Below are positions 1 through 15,995 of a DNA stretch of 64,000 nucleotides, one piece after another. The stretch covers positions 26,016,001 through 26,080,000 of the forward strand of contig CP068257.2 of assembly GCA_009914755.4 (NCBI GenBank). The letters are read 5' to 3'. How positions within the stretch are numbered: the first letter of the stretch is position 1; each line of letters begins with the position of its first letter. The position numbers and the translations under genes are program-made. Source of the stretch: the human T2T-CHM13v2.0 reference genome, Homo sapiens. Below the pieces are notes generated by a model. It saw nothing but the letters and a program-made list of their open reading frames with translations, made no database searches and was not told where the DNA came from.

Positions 1-1779
1 ATGCAGAATTCTGAGAAGTTCAAATATATATAGCTTTTCTACACTGTAATACATTGTTTCTATCTTCTCTTCACAAATTCGGGTAAGAAATTAGCTATTA
101 ATTGGAATCTTGTCTCCTATATGTAACATGTTGATTTTATCTTGTCACTTTCAGGATATATACTTTATCTTTGGCTTTCAAATATTTGACAGCAATGCAC
201 CTAACTTCGAGCTTATTTTCTTTTTTTTTTTCTACTTGATATCCATCAAGCATATTATATCTGCAAATGTATATCTATCATCAAACTTGGAAAATATAAA
301 AGTTTCTTAAATAATTTTTTCTCAATTTTCTTTTTTCTACTATTATAATTACACATTTGTTGCACTGAGATCAAGATAATCAAACAAGCCCCTAAGTCTC
401 TGTTCATCTTTTTAAATTTTTTTCTTACTGTTTTACATCTTATATAATTTTAGTTGATTTATCTTACTTTACTCTGTCATGCTTATTCAGTTATCAATTC
501 CAATCTAGGAAAATTCCTTTACTTTAGAAATTTGATTTTTAGTTCTAGAAAAACTAATTAATTCCTTTTTATTGTTTATTTTTCCCCATTTGGCATACCT
601 ATTGTGCCACAGAACCAATTTCCAGGATGAAGCAGAAAACCAGAAATATTTACAAAAGGAACTTTGAGAGAAAAAACAAAATGCATTTTTACAAAGGTGG
701 TTATGTAATATTCATGGATATTTTTGCCATATATTTGGCTATCATAACTTAGGGCAACTTGAATGTATTAGTAAAATATTATGGAAATGCTATGGTACTT
801 TTGTTACTAGGTAACATAGTTCACTAACATAAGTATTGTTAACTCTTGGAAAGTGGCCATGTTATGAGTGTATGCTCAATTATCTAATTTGTAAAGAATC
901 TTAATTAAAAAGGAACTTAGGGGAGTGTTCCATAGATATTTTTAATGCCATCATGGGACTACTGAACTAATTTTACTGCTATCATAGTATTATGGAAAGG
1001 TACAGAATTGTAACTAGAAAAGGTAGAAAAGTGTTTATGTAAGTACTTAAGTGATGTTCACATAATGAAACCTCACATACATATTAGACATTAGCAACAG
1101 ATAAAGTATAGCAATATTTCATGTGTTTCTTAGAAAACAGTGACGTTAAGATTAGGTTGATATATACTTATTGTTAAATTGAAGGATTTTAACTATCAAA
1201 ATACCTTAATAATAAAAATAATATTGTGATTTGATTGTGTAAAAACATTTTTGGTCTTACGTTAGATAAACTGGTAATGTTCTGGAATAATGCATGAAAA
1301 CATACATACACATCCTTGTGTCTATACAGAACAGTGCGTACAAACAGCATTTTACCTGATAAGTGATCTCATTTTCCTCAACCTAGAAGTAAGCCACAAC
1401 ACTTCTGTGTAGCCTTCGTAGAATTGTCATAGGTTAAAGCTGCTGCACATTGATCACAGAAGGATATCTCAGATATGTATGCAGTATCTGATTATGCAGA
1501 ATTCTGAGAGGTTCAAAATATATTTGAAATACAGTATTTAGAAGGAGTGGGATTCTAAAGTGAACTTGTCCACGATTTCAGTTAAGACAGCAAAAATAAC
1601 ACAGTATAACCATACGTACAATAACACAATCATAGCTCAAAAACAAAAATGAGAGCCATAAAGATGAAAAGACAAAATCATTGTAGACAGGAAAGGCTAT
1701 TCTGTCAATCTAGTTCCCAATTCTTCTTCTTTTCTTTTCTTTTTAAAAAAATATTAAATTGACTAATAAAACATATACA

Positions 1780-2060
1780 TTTATTATGTACAACATGTTG
1801 TTTTGAAATATATATATATAGTGAAATGGCTAAATTTAGCTAATTAATAAATGAATTACCTCACACACATTTTTGTGGTGAAAATATTTAAAATCTATTC
1901 TTTCAGCAATTTTCAAGAATATAATACATTATTATGAACTACAGTCACCATGTTGTACAATAGAAGTTTCTAATTATTTTCTACAAAATTTTATTTTTCT
2001 TTACATCATTGAGTTTTACTTTTATTTTCTTTATTTCACTCAACTTTTAAGGATTCCCTA
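1780..2060 (+). mobile_element. Probable ancient L1 (L1M-type) 3'-end fragment
   Basis: Motif '...cattattatgaactacagtcaccatgttgtacaatag...' resembles the conserved 3' terminus of old mammalian L1M families. AT-rich with no ORF. Confidence 0.3.
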
Positions 2061-3720
2061 CTTTCCTTCTTTGATTTCTGGTCTACAATGCAATAAAGAA
2101 CATTTTCCCATTAGTACAAAATAAAGATAAATTATGATAATCATTATTATAATAATATATAAGTCAGGCTTCTTCTACAGCAAATAATTAAGATTCATCT
2201 TGACTAAATTAATACCCCATCACCAAAAAGTTTTGTTTGTGTTTGTTGGGGAAGCAGTTGATTGATTTCATTAACTTAGAGGATCAGAGAGTCAATTTCA
2301 GTTATAGCTCTTTCTAATAACTCAACTGATATCAGAAAATCCCTACTCAGCTCTCCATTTAAAAAAAAAATTTTTTTTGTTAAATTTTATTTTTGTACTA
2401 AAACTACCATGAGTTCAATATATTTGTTTTTCCTTTTTTCTTCAAGTTTCATTCAGCATAGGGAAGGTATCAGTACCCATCTCCAGACTTACAAAATAAC
2501 TGGTCTATGATCTTGGCAAGTCTTTCATCTGTCATTGGAAAATTCATGAAAAACTCTATTTAAACTTGCTTCTGTTACCTGCCTAATCTTCTAACATTTA
2601 TTGTGACCCTGGTCTCATCATACCCTGCCAAGGCTTCGGTCATGAGCTTAACCCTTATAGAAGGAGTGAGATACTGGACAGGTTCAACCCCACCAAAGGC
2701 ACATAGAAAGGATGTTCACAGGAAAGGTTTTCTCTGATACCAAAGGAGAGGATGCATGGGATAAAACAAGAGATTTCTACCCTAAATTATGATAATAAAA
2801 ATATATTCCCTTTTAAAAAATATAAATGAATCCTAAAACTAATGAAGTGAATCATATTTAAAGCAAAATGAAAAGATTGGATTTGCACGTTATTTAATGC
2901 TAAGAAAATTACTTTTTTATAAATATGTTCTATGTTCTTGGGTTCAGCATCGAGATGCCTTTGCTGAACAATACTTATTGGTGCCTTAAAGTCCATGAAA
3001 AGTTTTTAAACTTAGTTTCAAATTTTAGAATAAACCTTTCCTTACATTCTCTTTTTTCATTTTTTTAACATTTTAGTCCAAAATCAGATGGCCTTTTATA
3101 TGACAACATCTTCAACTGGCAAAAAAAAAATCATATTTTCATAAGTAGACAATTCAAATTATTCAAAGCAGTATTAATTTTATCTGACATCTTATGTTAG
3201 AAAATGTATTAGGATGAATTATAATGTGGTAGAAAGGAAAAAGTTGTCATAATATGCAACAGTATTTTTAATTGGACACTTACAAATGTTTTTAAAAATT
3301 ATATTAAAATGGAATGTTAGAACAGGCTACATTAAGTTTCAGTAACAAATGACTTCCAAATCTCAGTATTGTAGTTCTATTATTTTTTTCACTTATATAA
3401 AGTGTTTGTTCAAGCCATTCTGCAGGGAAACTTTTCTTCATGGGTTGACTTAGCCTTTGACATTGCTTCAATCTTATAGAAACTGCATATTAATATGTAG
3501 TTTACCTATTGCCATTTTAGAGAAAGAGAGCACTAGAGAGTTCTAGCAATAAAATTATTATACTCACTTGTCATTTACTTACGTGTAATTAGCCAAGATA
3601 TTACACTCCCATACCTCCCTTGAAAGAGGTAAGGGTTCTATTCTAATATGACATAAAAGGTGAAGAAAACCAGACTTTTTAAAGCGGATTTGTGTGAGAA
3701 ATAAAAAGCTTTTTATGTAT

Positions 3721-3800
3721 GTGTGTGTATATATTTATATATATCTTCTATCTCTATATTTTCTTACCAATTTGTGTGTATCTGTGTGTGTATTTATATA
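3721..3800. repeat. Low-complexity (TG)n/(TA)n-rich simple repeat
   Basis: Runs of tgtgtgtgtatatatttatatatat...gtgtgtgtatctgtgtgtgtatttatata. Confidence 0.6.
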
Positions 3801-4072
3801 CAAACACCATTGTAAAATGTATTCTTAATTATATACTACTAGTAGCAGGTATGCTAAAGGCAGTACTACATGTGTTTTCACCTATTAACCATTAATATTG
3901 GCCTGAATCTGCTAGTTAGTGTAATTTTCACAAAACAAAATAAATGTTTAAATGTGAATACTTGAAATAAAGACCTACTAGCATTTTTGCAAACACTTGA
4001 TTTGCATGCCTGGAAATAAGGCAATTAAATGAAAACTTTTAAGAAAGAGTGCATATTCACTAACCGGGACAG

Positions 4073-4899
4073 TTAAAAATTAATATATTTTGTAGAAACC
4101 CTGAGCACTTGTTGCCCCCCACAAAGACAGCCAAAACAATAAATGCAAAAGTACATGCTGATGAAAATAACTAAAGGAAAGCTTACAGTACATAAAACGA
4201 GTAACAAAAACCCTGGTGGGCATAGGAAATCAGTATGGCCACATGGAGAATGGAAGAAAACACTTGGACTGCACCACACCATTCCCCAGCCTGGATCAGC
4301 TGGGAACCAGGAGAAACCTCTCTTGGGGAAATGTGGGGAAAAGGTAAGCAAAGAGAATCCCAGCAGCCCCCATCAACACCTGGGGAGCCTCCAATCCTCA
4401 TCACTGGGGATATCTGCAGTCCTCACAGACACTAAGCTTAGCTGAAAGAACTGCTTGAAGTCCACATAACTGTGCTTCCCCCAGAGAAGGAGCTGATCCT
4501 GTGACCTGTGTGTCTACCGCACTGTGCCGTCTTGGAACTGGAACTATTTTGTTCTGGGGGGCTAGTGGCCATGGCACCCTTTCATCCCTGAGGCGAAGCT
4601 GCCGCCAAACCACCCTTCCTGGTGACTCTACATTCCCAAGCCAAGCTGTGAGCCACTGTTACACATTGCGCCATGGAGCCAAGCAGAGTCGAACTGCTCC
4701 ACCAACTCCTACCAGTCAGAGCTGCATTCCAGGCCCTCAGATCTGAGCTAAAGCTGTGCATTTCCTCCTGTGCTTTGGCAGAGCTGTTTCATCCACCTCA
4801 CCCATTTGCTGCTGTACCCTGCGACATTGTGCTGGAGCTGAAGCAATGACTGGCATCCCAAGAAACAATGCCTATGCTGCCCAGAGAATCACAAACCCC
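4073..4899. other. Unclassified GC-richer segment (~55% GC, CpG-poor). Possibly a diverged 5' region of an old L1 or an LTR fragment.
   Basis: Abrupt compositional change relative to the AT-rich flanks. It runs directly into an L1 ORF2-like fragment at 4900. The overlapping ORFs on both strands have no recognisable protein features. Confidence 0.25.
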
Positions 4900-4994
4900 A
4901 GAACATAACAAAAAAGGAAACTATAGGCCAATATTACTGATGAATACAGATGCAACAAATTCTCAAAAAATACTAGTAAGTTGAATCCAGCAGC

Positions 4995-5021
<27 letters not shown>
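4900..5021 (+). mobile_element. Fragment of older L1 ORF2 (start of the RT domain)
   Basis: Translates to ...KKENYRPILLMNTDA..KIL...[12 protein letters not shown], a diverged version of the L1 ORF2 motif [36 protein letters not shown]. It ends abruptly where the next L1 begins. Confidence 0.5.
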
Positions 5022-8222
<3,201 letters not shown>

Positions 8223-8440
8223 AAAATGAATGAAAATTAACATATTAAAAAGTAATAAACGTTATTAAAGTAAACCTATATAAATATTTTTCATGCATGA
8301 AAACAATAGCCACTCCGAAAATATTCTAAACCTAAAGAAAATATTTTTGTAGTGATTTAATTAAGAATGGATTAATACCAAGGAGTAAATTTTAAAAGCT
8401 ATAAGAATAAACAAATATACGGTAAGATGTAGGTAGTAAG

Positions 8441-8737
8441 GATGGGCACAGTGGCTTATGCCTGTAATCCCAGCACTTTGGGAGACTGAGGCGGGAGGAT
8501 TTCTTGAGTCCAGGACTCAAGAGTCAAGAACACCCTGGCAACATAATGAGACCCCAGCTCTACAAAAAATAAAAAAGCAGCTGGGTATGGTGGTGAGTGC
8601 CTGTGGTCCCAGCTACTAGACAGGCTGAGGTGGGAGGATTGCTTGAGCCTGGATGGTTGAGGCTCTGGTAAGACGTAATCACACCACTGCACTGGAGCCT
8701 GGACAACAGTAAAATCCTGTCTCAAAAAAAAAAAAAA
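8441..8737 (+). mobile_element. Alu SINE (older, AluJ/S-like)
   Basis: gatgggcacagtggcttatgcctgtaatcccagcactttgggagactgaggcgggagg...cactgcactggagcctggacaacag...ctcaaaaaaaaaaaaaa. Track ORF 8456-8785(-) is an artefact of this Alu. Confidence 0.9.
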
Positions 8738-9533
8738 CCAATACAGGTGGTAAATAAAAGTACAAAAATTATAAATTTTGAGCATAACATAAATATATTT
8801 AAAAATTATTTGAGAGATTAAGAATAATAACTGGGAAATATTTTGAAAATTATGAACATTAGGGATGACTTTACATATTTGCAGGAAGAAATCCTGTTAG
8901 GTGTGTTTACACCTTAATAAGAAAATGCTGTTTTTAAATATATTGGTAACAATGATCATAACAGGAGGCATTGCTGTTGAAAACTGTCTTTATTAAATTC
9001 AGAGTTTTACTTACAGTTAGTCCAAGATATTTTTTTGTAGGGCACTCAGATACTTTAAAAAGAACAGGCAAAGAGATGAATATATGTAAGAAATCTAGAT
9101 AAAACAAACAAAAAGCATTCAGATCACATACAAGTGACTTAAAGAGGTATTTCAGAGCCAAACAAAAAGCTGGGATCTCCAAATAGTCTCTGGATAGGAC
9201 CAAAGGGAAATTCCTCTTTGCTACTTGAATAAATTTATGCTTAGGACTCAAGAGACCCCAAGAAAGTATGAGTGGAGGCCTATCCCTAACCCCTGCAGAA
9301 GTGGCAACTGATAATCCATGCTGGGTTGTTCTTTCCCTGATCTTAGTCCAATCTGCCCATTCTCCTAATATCTAGCTTGGACGATGCTTGCCCACAGATA
9401 TCAGTGTGACCTTTAAAAAACATACATAAATGCCATATTTCGTTAAGAATTAGTCTCAAAGGCCTGTCAACAGAAATACAAAGAACACATTTTTGTGATC
9501 AGAAAATTGGTCTGATAGTCATAAACTCTTGTA

Positions 9534-9715
9534 TTTTTTTTTTTTATTTTGTTTTGTGTATATTTGTTGAGACAGGATCTTGCTGTGTCTCCCAGGCTGG
9601 AGTACAGCATTGCAATCATAGTTCACTGCAGCTTCAAACTCCTGGCATCAAATGATCCTCCCATCTTGGCCTCCCAAAGTGCAGGAATTATGAGTGTGAG
9701 CCACTGTGCCTGGCC
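9534..9715 (-). mobile_element. Alu with internal deletion (left-monomer start fused to right-monomer end)
   Basis: Reverse complement reads ggccaggcacagtggctcacactcataattcctgcactttgggaggccaagatgggaggatcatttga|gccaggagtttgaagctgcagtgaactatgattgcaatgctgtactccagcctgggagacacagcaagatcctgtctc + poly-A (poly-T on the + strand). Only ~180 bp. Confidence 0.8.
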
Positions 9716-10777
9716 TCATGAATTCTTATTATTTAAATCTATTTAACTTAATCATCACCACACAGGTTTGTGAGAAGAGAAAGCTGGGTGGCTAATGGGT
9801 AGGGAAATAGTTGGAAGAGACACAGAGAGATACTGCTGACAGTGATGGGCGCTGGGTAATGAAAAATCTTCTACAGTAACCTTGATCCAAGTCCTAGACC
9901 AAAAGTAGCAATAAGGTTCTAGTCTCCTCTTACTTCACGTTACCTCTGTGATTTCAGGAAAAGCAATCATCAATTTCTGGCATTAATTTTCTCACCTTGG
10001 AAAAAAAGAGGTAATATTTTGAAATAACGCACGTGGACGTGCTTTCTTGTTTCAAATGCTCCGAGGTTGGGGTTAGTGTTATTATCAAATGTTTATTGAA
10101 ATCAATCAAAGTTGGCTCCTGCTCCTAGTTTTATAATGGCAATATGATAATCAATAAACCCTAGCCAGACTTAGGTTATTTACAAGCTGTGTGGAAGATT
10201 AAAGGATCCAACTATAATGACAGCATTGTTGTGATTATTACCATTATGTCAGCTAAGCAGGCAAAAACATTTTAATTTTACTTAAATGGCTACAATGAGA
10301 TTAGAAAGGACACATTTTTGAAAAGGATAATATTAGAAATATATAAAAACCACTTTCCTGGAGTTGACTAAAACAAATGTTTAATTGACTCTCCATGATA
10401 TGAATTATCAGTTCATATACTCCTGTTAAGTCAGTTATGATCTTTTACTGAAGCCAGTCTCCTCTTTAACTTTTTCTTCTCACTAGCTGAGTGATCCTGG
10501 ATAAAGTCTTTAGCAATATAGACTTCAGCTTCTTTGTCTACACTTTGAATCTGTTGGCTTACATGCCTCTTGTTTTATTATTCTATGATTCTCTCACTCT
10601 TTATTTTGCATGGCTAAACTTGGACCAATCACATAGAGAGGAATGACATGGGCCTTTCCAGTAGATCTGATACCCTAAAGGAAGCCACTGACCACCCTTC
10701 ATGATTGTAGTGCTGCATCTATGATGAAACCATTTTGTAATGAGCTTGGAATTCTTGATCACATTTTCAAAATAATA

Positions 10778-11122
10778 TGTGTATTAGTTCATTTTCACAC
10801 TGCTATAAAGAAATACCCCAAATTGGGTAATTTATTAAGGAAAGAAGTTTAATTGACTCACAGTTCTGCATGGCTGGAGAAGTCTCAGGAAACTTAAAAT
10901 CATGACGGATGGCAGCTCTTCACAAGGCAGAAGGAGAGAGAAGTGTGTGAGAGCGCAGGAAAAGCTACCATTTATAAAACCATCAGATCTCCTGAGAATT
11001 CACTATCATGAGAACAACATGGGGGAAACTGCTCTCATTAATCAATTCCATCTCTCCCTCGATGCATGTGGATTGCATTTCAAGATGGGATTTGGGTGGG
11101 GACATGAAGCCTAACCACATCA
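10778..11122 (-). mobile_element. ERVL-MaLR solo LTR (THE1/MST-like)
   Basis: Reverse complement begins tgatgtggttaggcttcatgtccccacccaaatcccatcttgaaatgcaat... and ends ...ttaataaattacccaatttggggtatttctttatagcagtgtgaaaatgaactaatacacat. Track ORFs 10902-11114 and 11008-11211 are artefacts. Confidence 0.75.
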
Positions 11123-11754
11123 ACATACTTCAATTTTATAATGTCTTATCTTTTGTTAATTACTGTACACATGCAAGAAGTAATTATCAATTCTATGAAA
11201 GGCAGGTTTAATCTTTAGGGACAGAAAGCAGATTAGTGTTTATCTACAGCAAAGTGTTCTGAGAAGTGATTGACTAAAAAGGTGCCAAACAAACCTTTCG
11301 GAGGTGATGATTGTGTTCTATGTCTTGATTATACTTGTGAGACCACAGGTGTATGCATTTCTTTAATCTCATCACACTATCCATTTGAAATAGGTATATT
11401 TCTTTTTATCTTATTCATACCTCAATCAAGTTGATTTAAAGAAGAAATAATACACCTAGGGTTTTTACTATTGTTGTCGTATTATCTTTCTTTTGATCTC
11501 TTCTTGGTCACATGATTAATTATAAAAATAAGAAATAGAATTCAATATCTTCATCCATGCCACAGTTGCCTATTAGAGTATGAACATATCCTTCATATAT
11601 TTATCTACTCCCTCAACTTTTGATTAAAATATTTTGATGTTTAGTTTTTAGGTCAAATTACTTAATGAGCAAATTATCATGAAAATGTGTAAGTCATTTT
11701 ATCATCTTTGTCTTCTCCATATGTCTATTAAAAATTTAAATATATGCAAACAAA

Positions 11755-11815
11755 TAATGTGCCAGGAGCACACCTGGTATGTTTTAGGTGTTTAATAAAT
11801 GTTGGTTGAATGAAT
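11755..11815 (+). mobile_element. MIR SINE 3'-end fragment
   Basis: gtgccaggagcacacctggtatgttttaggtgtttaataaatgttggttgaatgaataaa matches the MIR tail (cagtgcctggcacatagtaagcgctcaataaatgttggtt...). Confidence 0.5.
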
Positions 11816-14800
11816 AAACAAGCATCACTGTCCTGCCTACAGCCACATCCCTACTTTCTTTGACAATACAAATTTGCAAAATTTAAAATGTTGCACCCAG
11901 TGATGATAGAGCAAGAATATCTATTAGTAAAGGAAGTTATAATCTGAAACAAAAGCTTTTTATAAAAATAAATTGATTTATAATAAATGTAATGGCTAAT
12001 AATCCTAATAATCGCCTAACTCCAGAATGCATTTCTGTCAGATGGGCTAACTTTGTTGGCTTTAGTGTCTTATTTATAAATCCATCCCTTGGGATTGTCT
12101 TATCTAGTTGTTGCTTTGCATAACATCAATTTCTTTGATGCTTTTCCATTCATGCACCCTCTTAATAGTTATCTCCTGAAATTACATTGGGATCTGGAAA
12201 TCCCCTTTCAATCTTTCAAAAAATACCCTCAAATTTATTTCTAACTCATAAAAATTAATCTTCCCATTTCTGTGAAAGGATTTATGAATAAGCAGAGATA
12301 TTTATTTATGTGTAACTACCAGACATTAAACTTTGCTCTGGATTTCAACAGTTTTTATTGTGTCTTTTGTTTTCACAATAATCATTGAGCCCTTTGCTGG
12401 CCAAAAGCTCTGATACCCTTAAGGAGAAATGTTTTCCTGTGGTTTTTAATAAAGAGCAGAGAAAATCTTGGTTTATGAAGATTGAGAAGTATATTCACCC
12501 TATTTAAAGTTAATTCCAACTTCCTGCCTAACTCCGTTTCAAAGGGATTTAGCTTCAAATCTTAATTTTTTTTAGAAAATATAAATGGAGAATTTAGATA
12601 AACAGTAATTGTAAAAATTTTTAAATCACAAATTGAGAGAATTTCTATAATAATACATTTATTAATATAATGTTAGCACTCCATTTAATCTGATGTAAAA
12701 TAGCAGCAATAGAAAGCATGGCCACTTGGAAATCATTTTTGTGATAATGCATATGCTTCATATATGGAAATATCTTTCTAAATGGTAATAGGAAACATTT
12801 GTTGACTGTTTACCATTATCAAGTACTATTCTTAATGTTTCACATTTGGTCTTAACAATAATCCTACATATTAGATATTATTACAAACTCTATTTCAGAG
12901 GTAGCTGAAACCCAAATAAGTCCAAGTAAGTGACCCATTGTGTAACTAGAAGTGATAGAGCTGACATGTTTAATTCCAGACAATCTGAGACCAGAGCCCT
13001 TGCTTTTAACCAATATGTGAAATAGCCTCAAAATAATACTAGAAACCTTAAATCATGCATTTAGAATCATCAAATGCATCATCAAAAGCTAGTGGATTGT
13101 TTGAGGAAAATTTTCAAAAATTGAAGGAAAGCTGAAAGAGATTTTATTTTTCCCAACAGAGAGACTTTAAAAGATAAGAAAGATAATGCTGTTATTTCTT
13201 ATTAAAAGGTATATGATCAATTCTCACCAATACCACCAATATCACCAATAGATAATGAGGACTGGAACTCTTTATCTCTAAAAGATGACCTGAAACACTA
13301 TGGAAAAGGAAGATGCATTACAACACACTATCAAAGCATCATTTTCAGATACACTGAGTCCATCTTCTCATGGACATGATGACATAGGTACCATCATACT
13401 GCCCATATCGTGCTACCTCCTCAACTAATTTCCTTTCTCTTTCAGGGACCCTGGCAGTGGCTCCTCCTAGGTTGTTCCTAAGCCCCACATCCCCTGGCAC
13501 AGCTTCCTTGGAAGAGTTGTCCAGCATCTTTGACACCCAGTGACTACATTGATCGTGCTTCTAAGGCACCCTTGTAGTCAGTCATCGCATTGCTGGGATG
13601 CCATAATTAGTGTGAGGAAATAATTATCAGAATCAGACGATCAATTCTATATTTAGGCTTTCATTCCAAGTAGATCTGATGGCTATAGCGCTGTTTGCTA
13701 AGAAAATCTCAAAGAATTTGGAACTGAAATAGTGAATTCTTTGGGGCTCAGGTGGAATAGAATTTCTCTCCTGACTCCAAGTGCGTTTGTCACAACAAAA
13801 GTGCGGGAGAAGGAAACTACTGTAGAAAAGGCACGCAACACCATCAAAGGCCACCAGTGGTTGCAAAAAGCCGTCTATGCAACTGTGATCTCTGGAAATA
13901 CCAGCTCAAGGCTTTTTTGTTTGCCTCAATCTGACGTGGCCTCACCTGCCTCCTTTATTTTCAGTTGTGATCTGGATTAGATGACAATTCCAGTGATTGG
14001 TTTAGACCTATATAGCTAGCTGGCATTTTCTCAATGTATCAAGGAGTCTGTATGTCTCTCTTCCTACACACCTGCTAGGTCTCAACTTAGCTATCTGCTA
14101 TAGCTTGTATATTAAAAGAATGCCTGATAGGTCTAGGCCTGGCTTACTCCTTATCTGCTACCTCTAAGGCCCACACAGAAACTGCCCATGTGTTATGTAG
14201 TCCCCTTTCCCTCTCAGGTCTTCAAACAGCTACAAAGTATCTCAGCCTTCAGCAGTTCAGATTTCTTCTTCCAGCAAATCTTCTAGAGCACAGCTCAGAG
14301 CAGTAGCCCTGCAGAGCTATTTACTCTTCAGTGACAAGGACCTTCTCTTCCTCTTCACTGTAATGATGCATCCTTATGGTTACTCTGTGGGCCTGCATAT
14401 CACCTAAAATCTGAAACTGCTCCACTTCTAAAATCTTAATCCTCAACATACCAATATTGGAATACATCTTCTTCTTCCACATTCTTATTTTCATTACATC
14501 CCCTTCTTGCGCTTAACTAGATGCTTGTTTCTGTTCCCCCCACATTCACAGAATAAATTGCCAATCCTCTTTCAGCCTTGCTTCCTACTATGTGCCTCTT
14601 GGCTACATCTTATGACTTTATACTATAATGACGCTGCCACCACTAATCCTGACTGCTTTCCCTCTGTGGGTCCGACTAATCTGTTTTTAAATCCCCTATG
14701 GTTGGGTAAAGCCAACTATTCCACCTTTTTGTTCCAAGACCTAGGCTACTCAGGACTGGTTTAGAACATCAGAAAATGGTGACAATCGACAACGCCGCAA

Positions 14801-15704
14801 ATTCCCAAACTCCAGCTCTGGACTGGCACTTCAATACTGCCCAGAACCCCTTCTATAAGTGCGATCAGCTCTCTCTGCTTTGCCATCTAATAATTTTCTG
14901 CTTAGTACAAGAATAGTTTAAAAACTCTTGGATTTCTAAAACAAGGACTATCACAACCAATTCCTACTCAGCCTGTCTAAATCTATAATCAACTACTTTG
15001 CAGTAAAACTGATTTTTTTCTCCTACATTATCCATTATAATAAAAGGCAACAAAATGTATTTAGTAACCCTTGTGAAACTTCTGGTATAGCCTTCTCCTT
15101 TTCTCCATTCAAACAGTCACTAAGCATATGAATTGCACTTCTTTATTATTCCTCCTCTCAGTCTCCTGCCCTGCCAGATTTCTGGCCACCATTGCTTCTG
15201 ACACGGTCCCAAGGACACTGGCTATCCTCACACTGCTGTCTGATAAATATTCCTACAATGCAAACCAGGATCAATTATAGGACTGTGCATAATTATGCAT
15301 AGTACAATCCTCCTGCCCTTTTCCTTTACATAAGATTAAATCTAGACTATCATGCAAACCTCTCCCATCTCCAGCCATTTCTCATCTTGAACACCTCAAG
15401 TAGCCTGATTTCCTCACCACTGCCAAAGGCAAAGTGCTACTCTGTGCACTTCTTTCTTTGTTGAAAACACAACCTTAAGTTGTTGCTATTATGCAGATTT
15501 TTCTCTATGTCCAAAGTGGACATGTTAAAGTCTTCTAAAATTCTCCATAAGTCACACATTATATGTGTACACTTGCCAGAGAATGTATATGGGTATTTCT
15601 TGGGATAACTGAATTTAGCTATTGCTATGAAGAAACATACTTGATATCATCTGCAAAAGAATATATTGCAGTTGTAAGTAATGAATAAAATATGTGGTGA
15701 AATC

Positions 15705-15995
15705 AGTGCACCAACCTAGTGTTTTGAATCATAGTAAAATATTTAGCACTTATCCTGTGCCAACAAGAGTTCAAAATGTTTTATATATATTAACTACTGT
15801 TAATCAGCTTAACAATTGTGTGATTTCTACCATTTTATTTTCACAGATGAAGAAACGGCTATATAGAGAGATAAAGAAGCTTGCTCAAGGATACACAGCC
15901 AGAAAGCAAAAGAGTTGGAGTTTGAACTTCGACAGTCTAACTCGAGGTTCTTTCTCTGTGTTTAATCAGTCAACCACACTGCCTCTTCAGAAGCA
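15705..15995 (-). mobile_element. MIR SINE (nearly full length)
   Basis: + strand 'attttattttcacagatgaagaaacggctatatagagagataaagaagcttgctcaaggatacacagccagaaagcaaaagagttggagtttgaacttcgacagtct' is the reverse complement of the MIR core (tttacagatgaggaaactgaggc...aggtcacacagctagtaagtggcagagc...). Track ORF 15694-16002 is an artefact. Confidence 0.7.

Noticed and set aside
4073-4746. Overlapping ORFs on both strands (4143-4445 +, 4183-4404 -, 4235-4435 +, 4401-4613 -, 4501-4746 +) in the GC-richer block as a possible overlapping-gene locus
   Set aside because: Multiple open frames on both strands are expected in GC-rich, stop-poor sequence. The peptides are low-information (P/G/S-rich), and the block is contiguous with L1-derived sequence.
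10020-10060. cacgtggacgtg (E-box-like CACGTG followed by a half-site) as a regulatory site
   Set aside because: A single 6-8-bp motif occurrence has no statistical weight without conservation or binding data.
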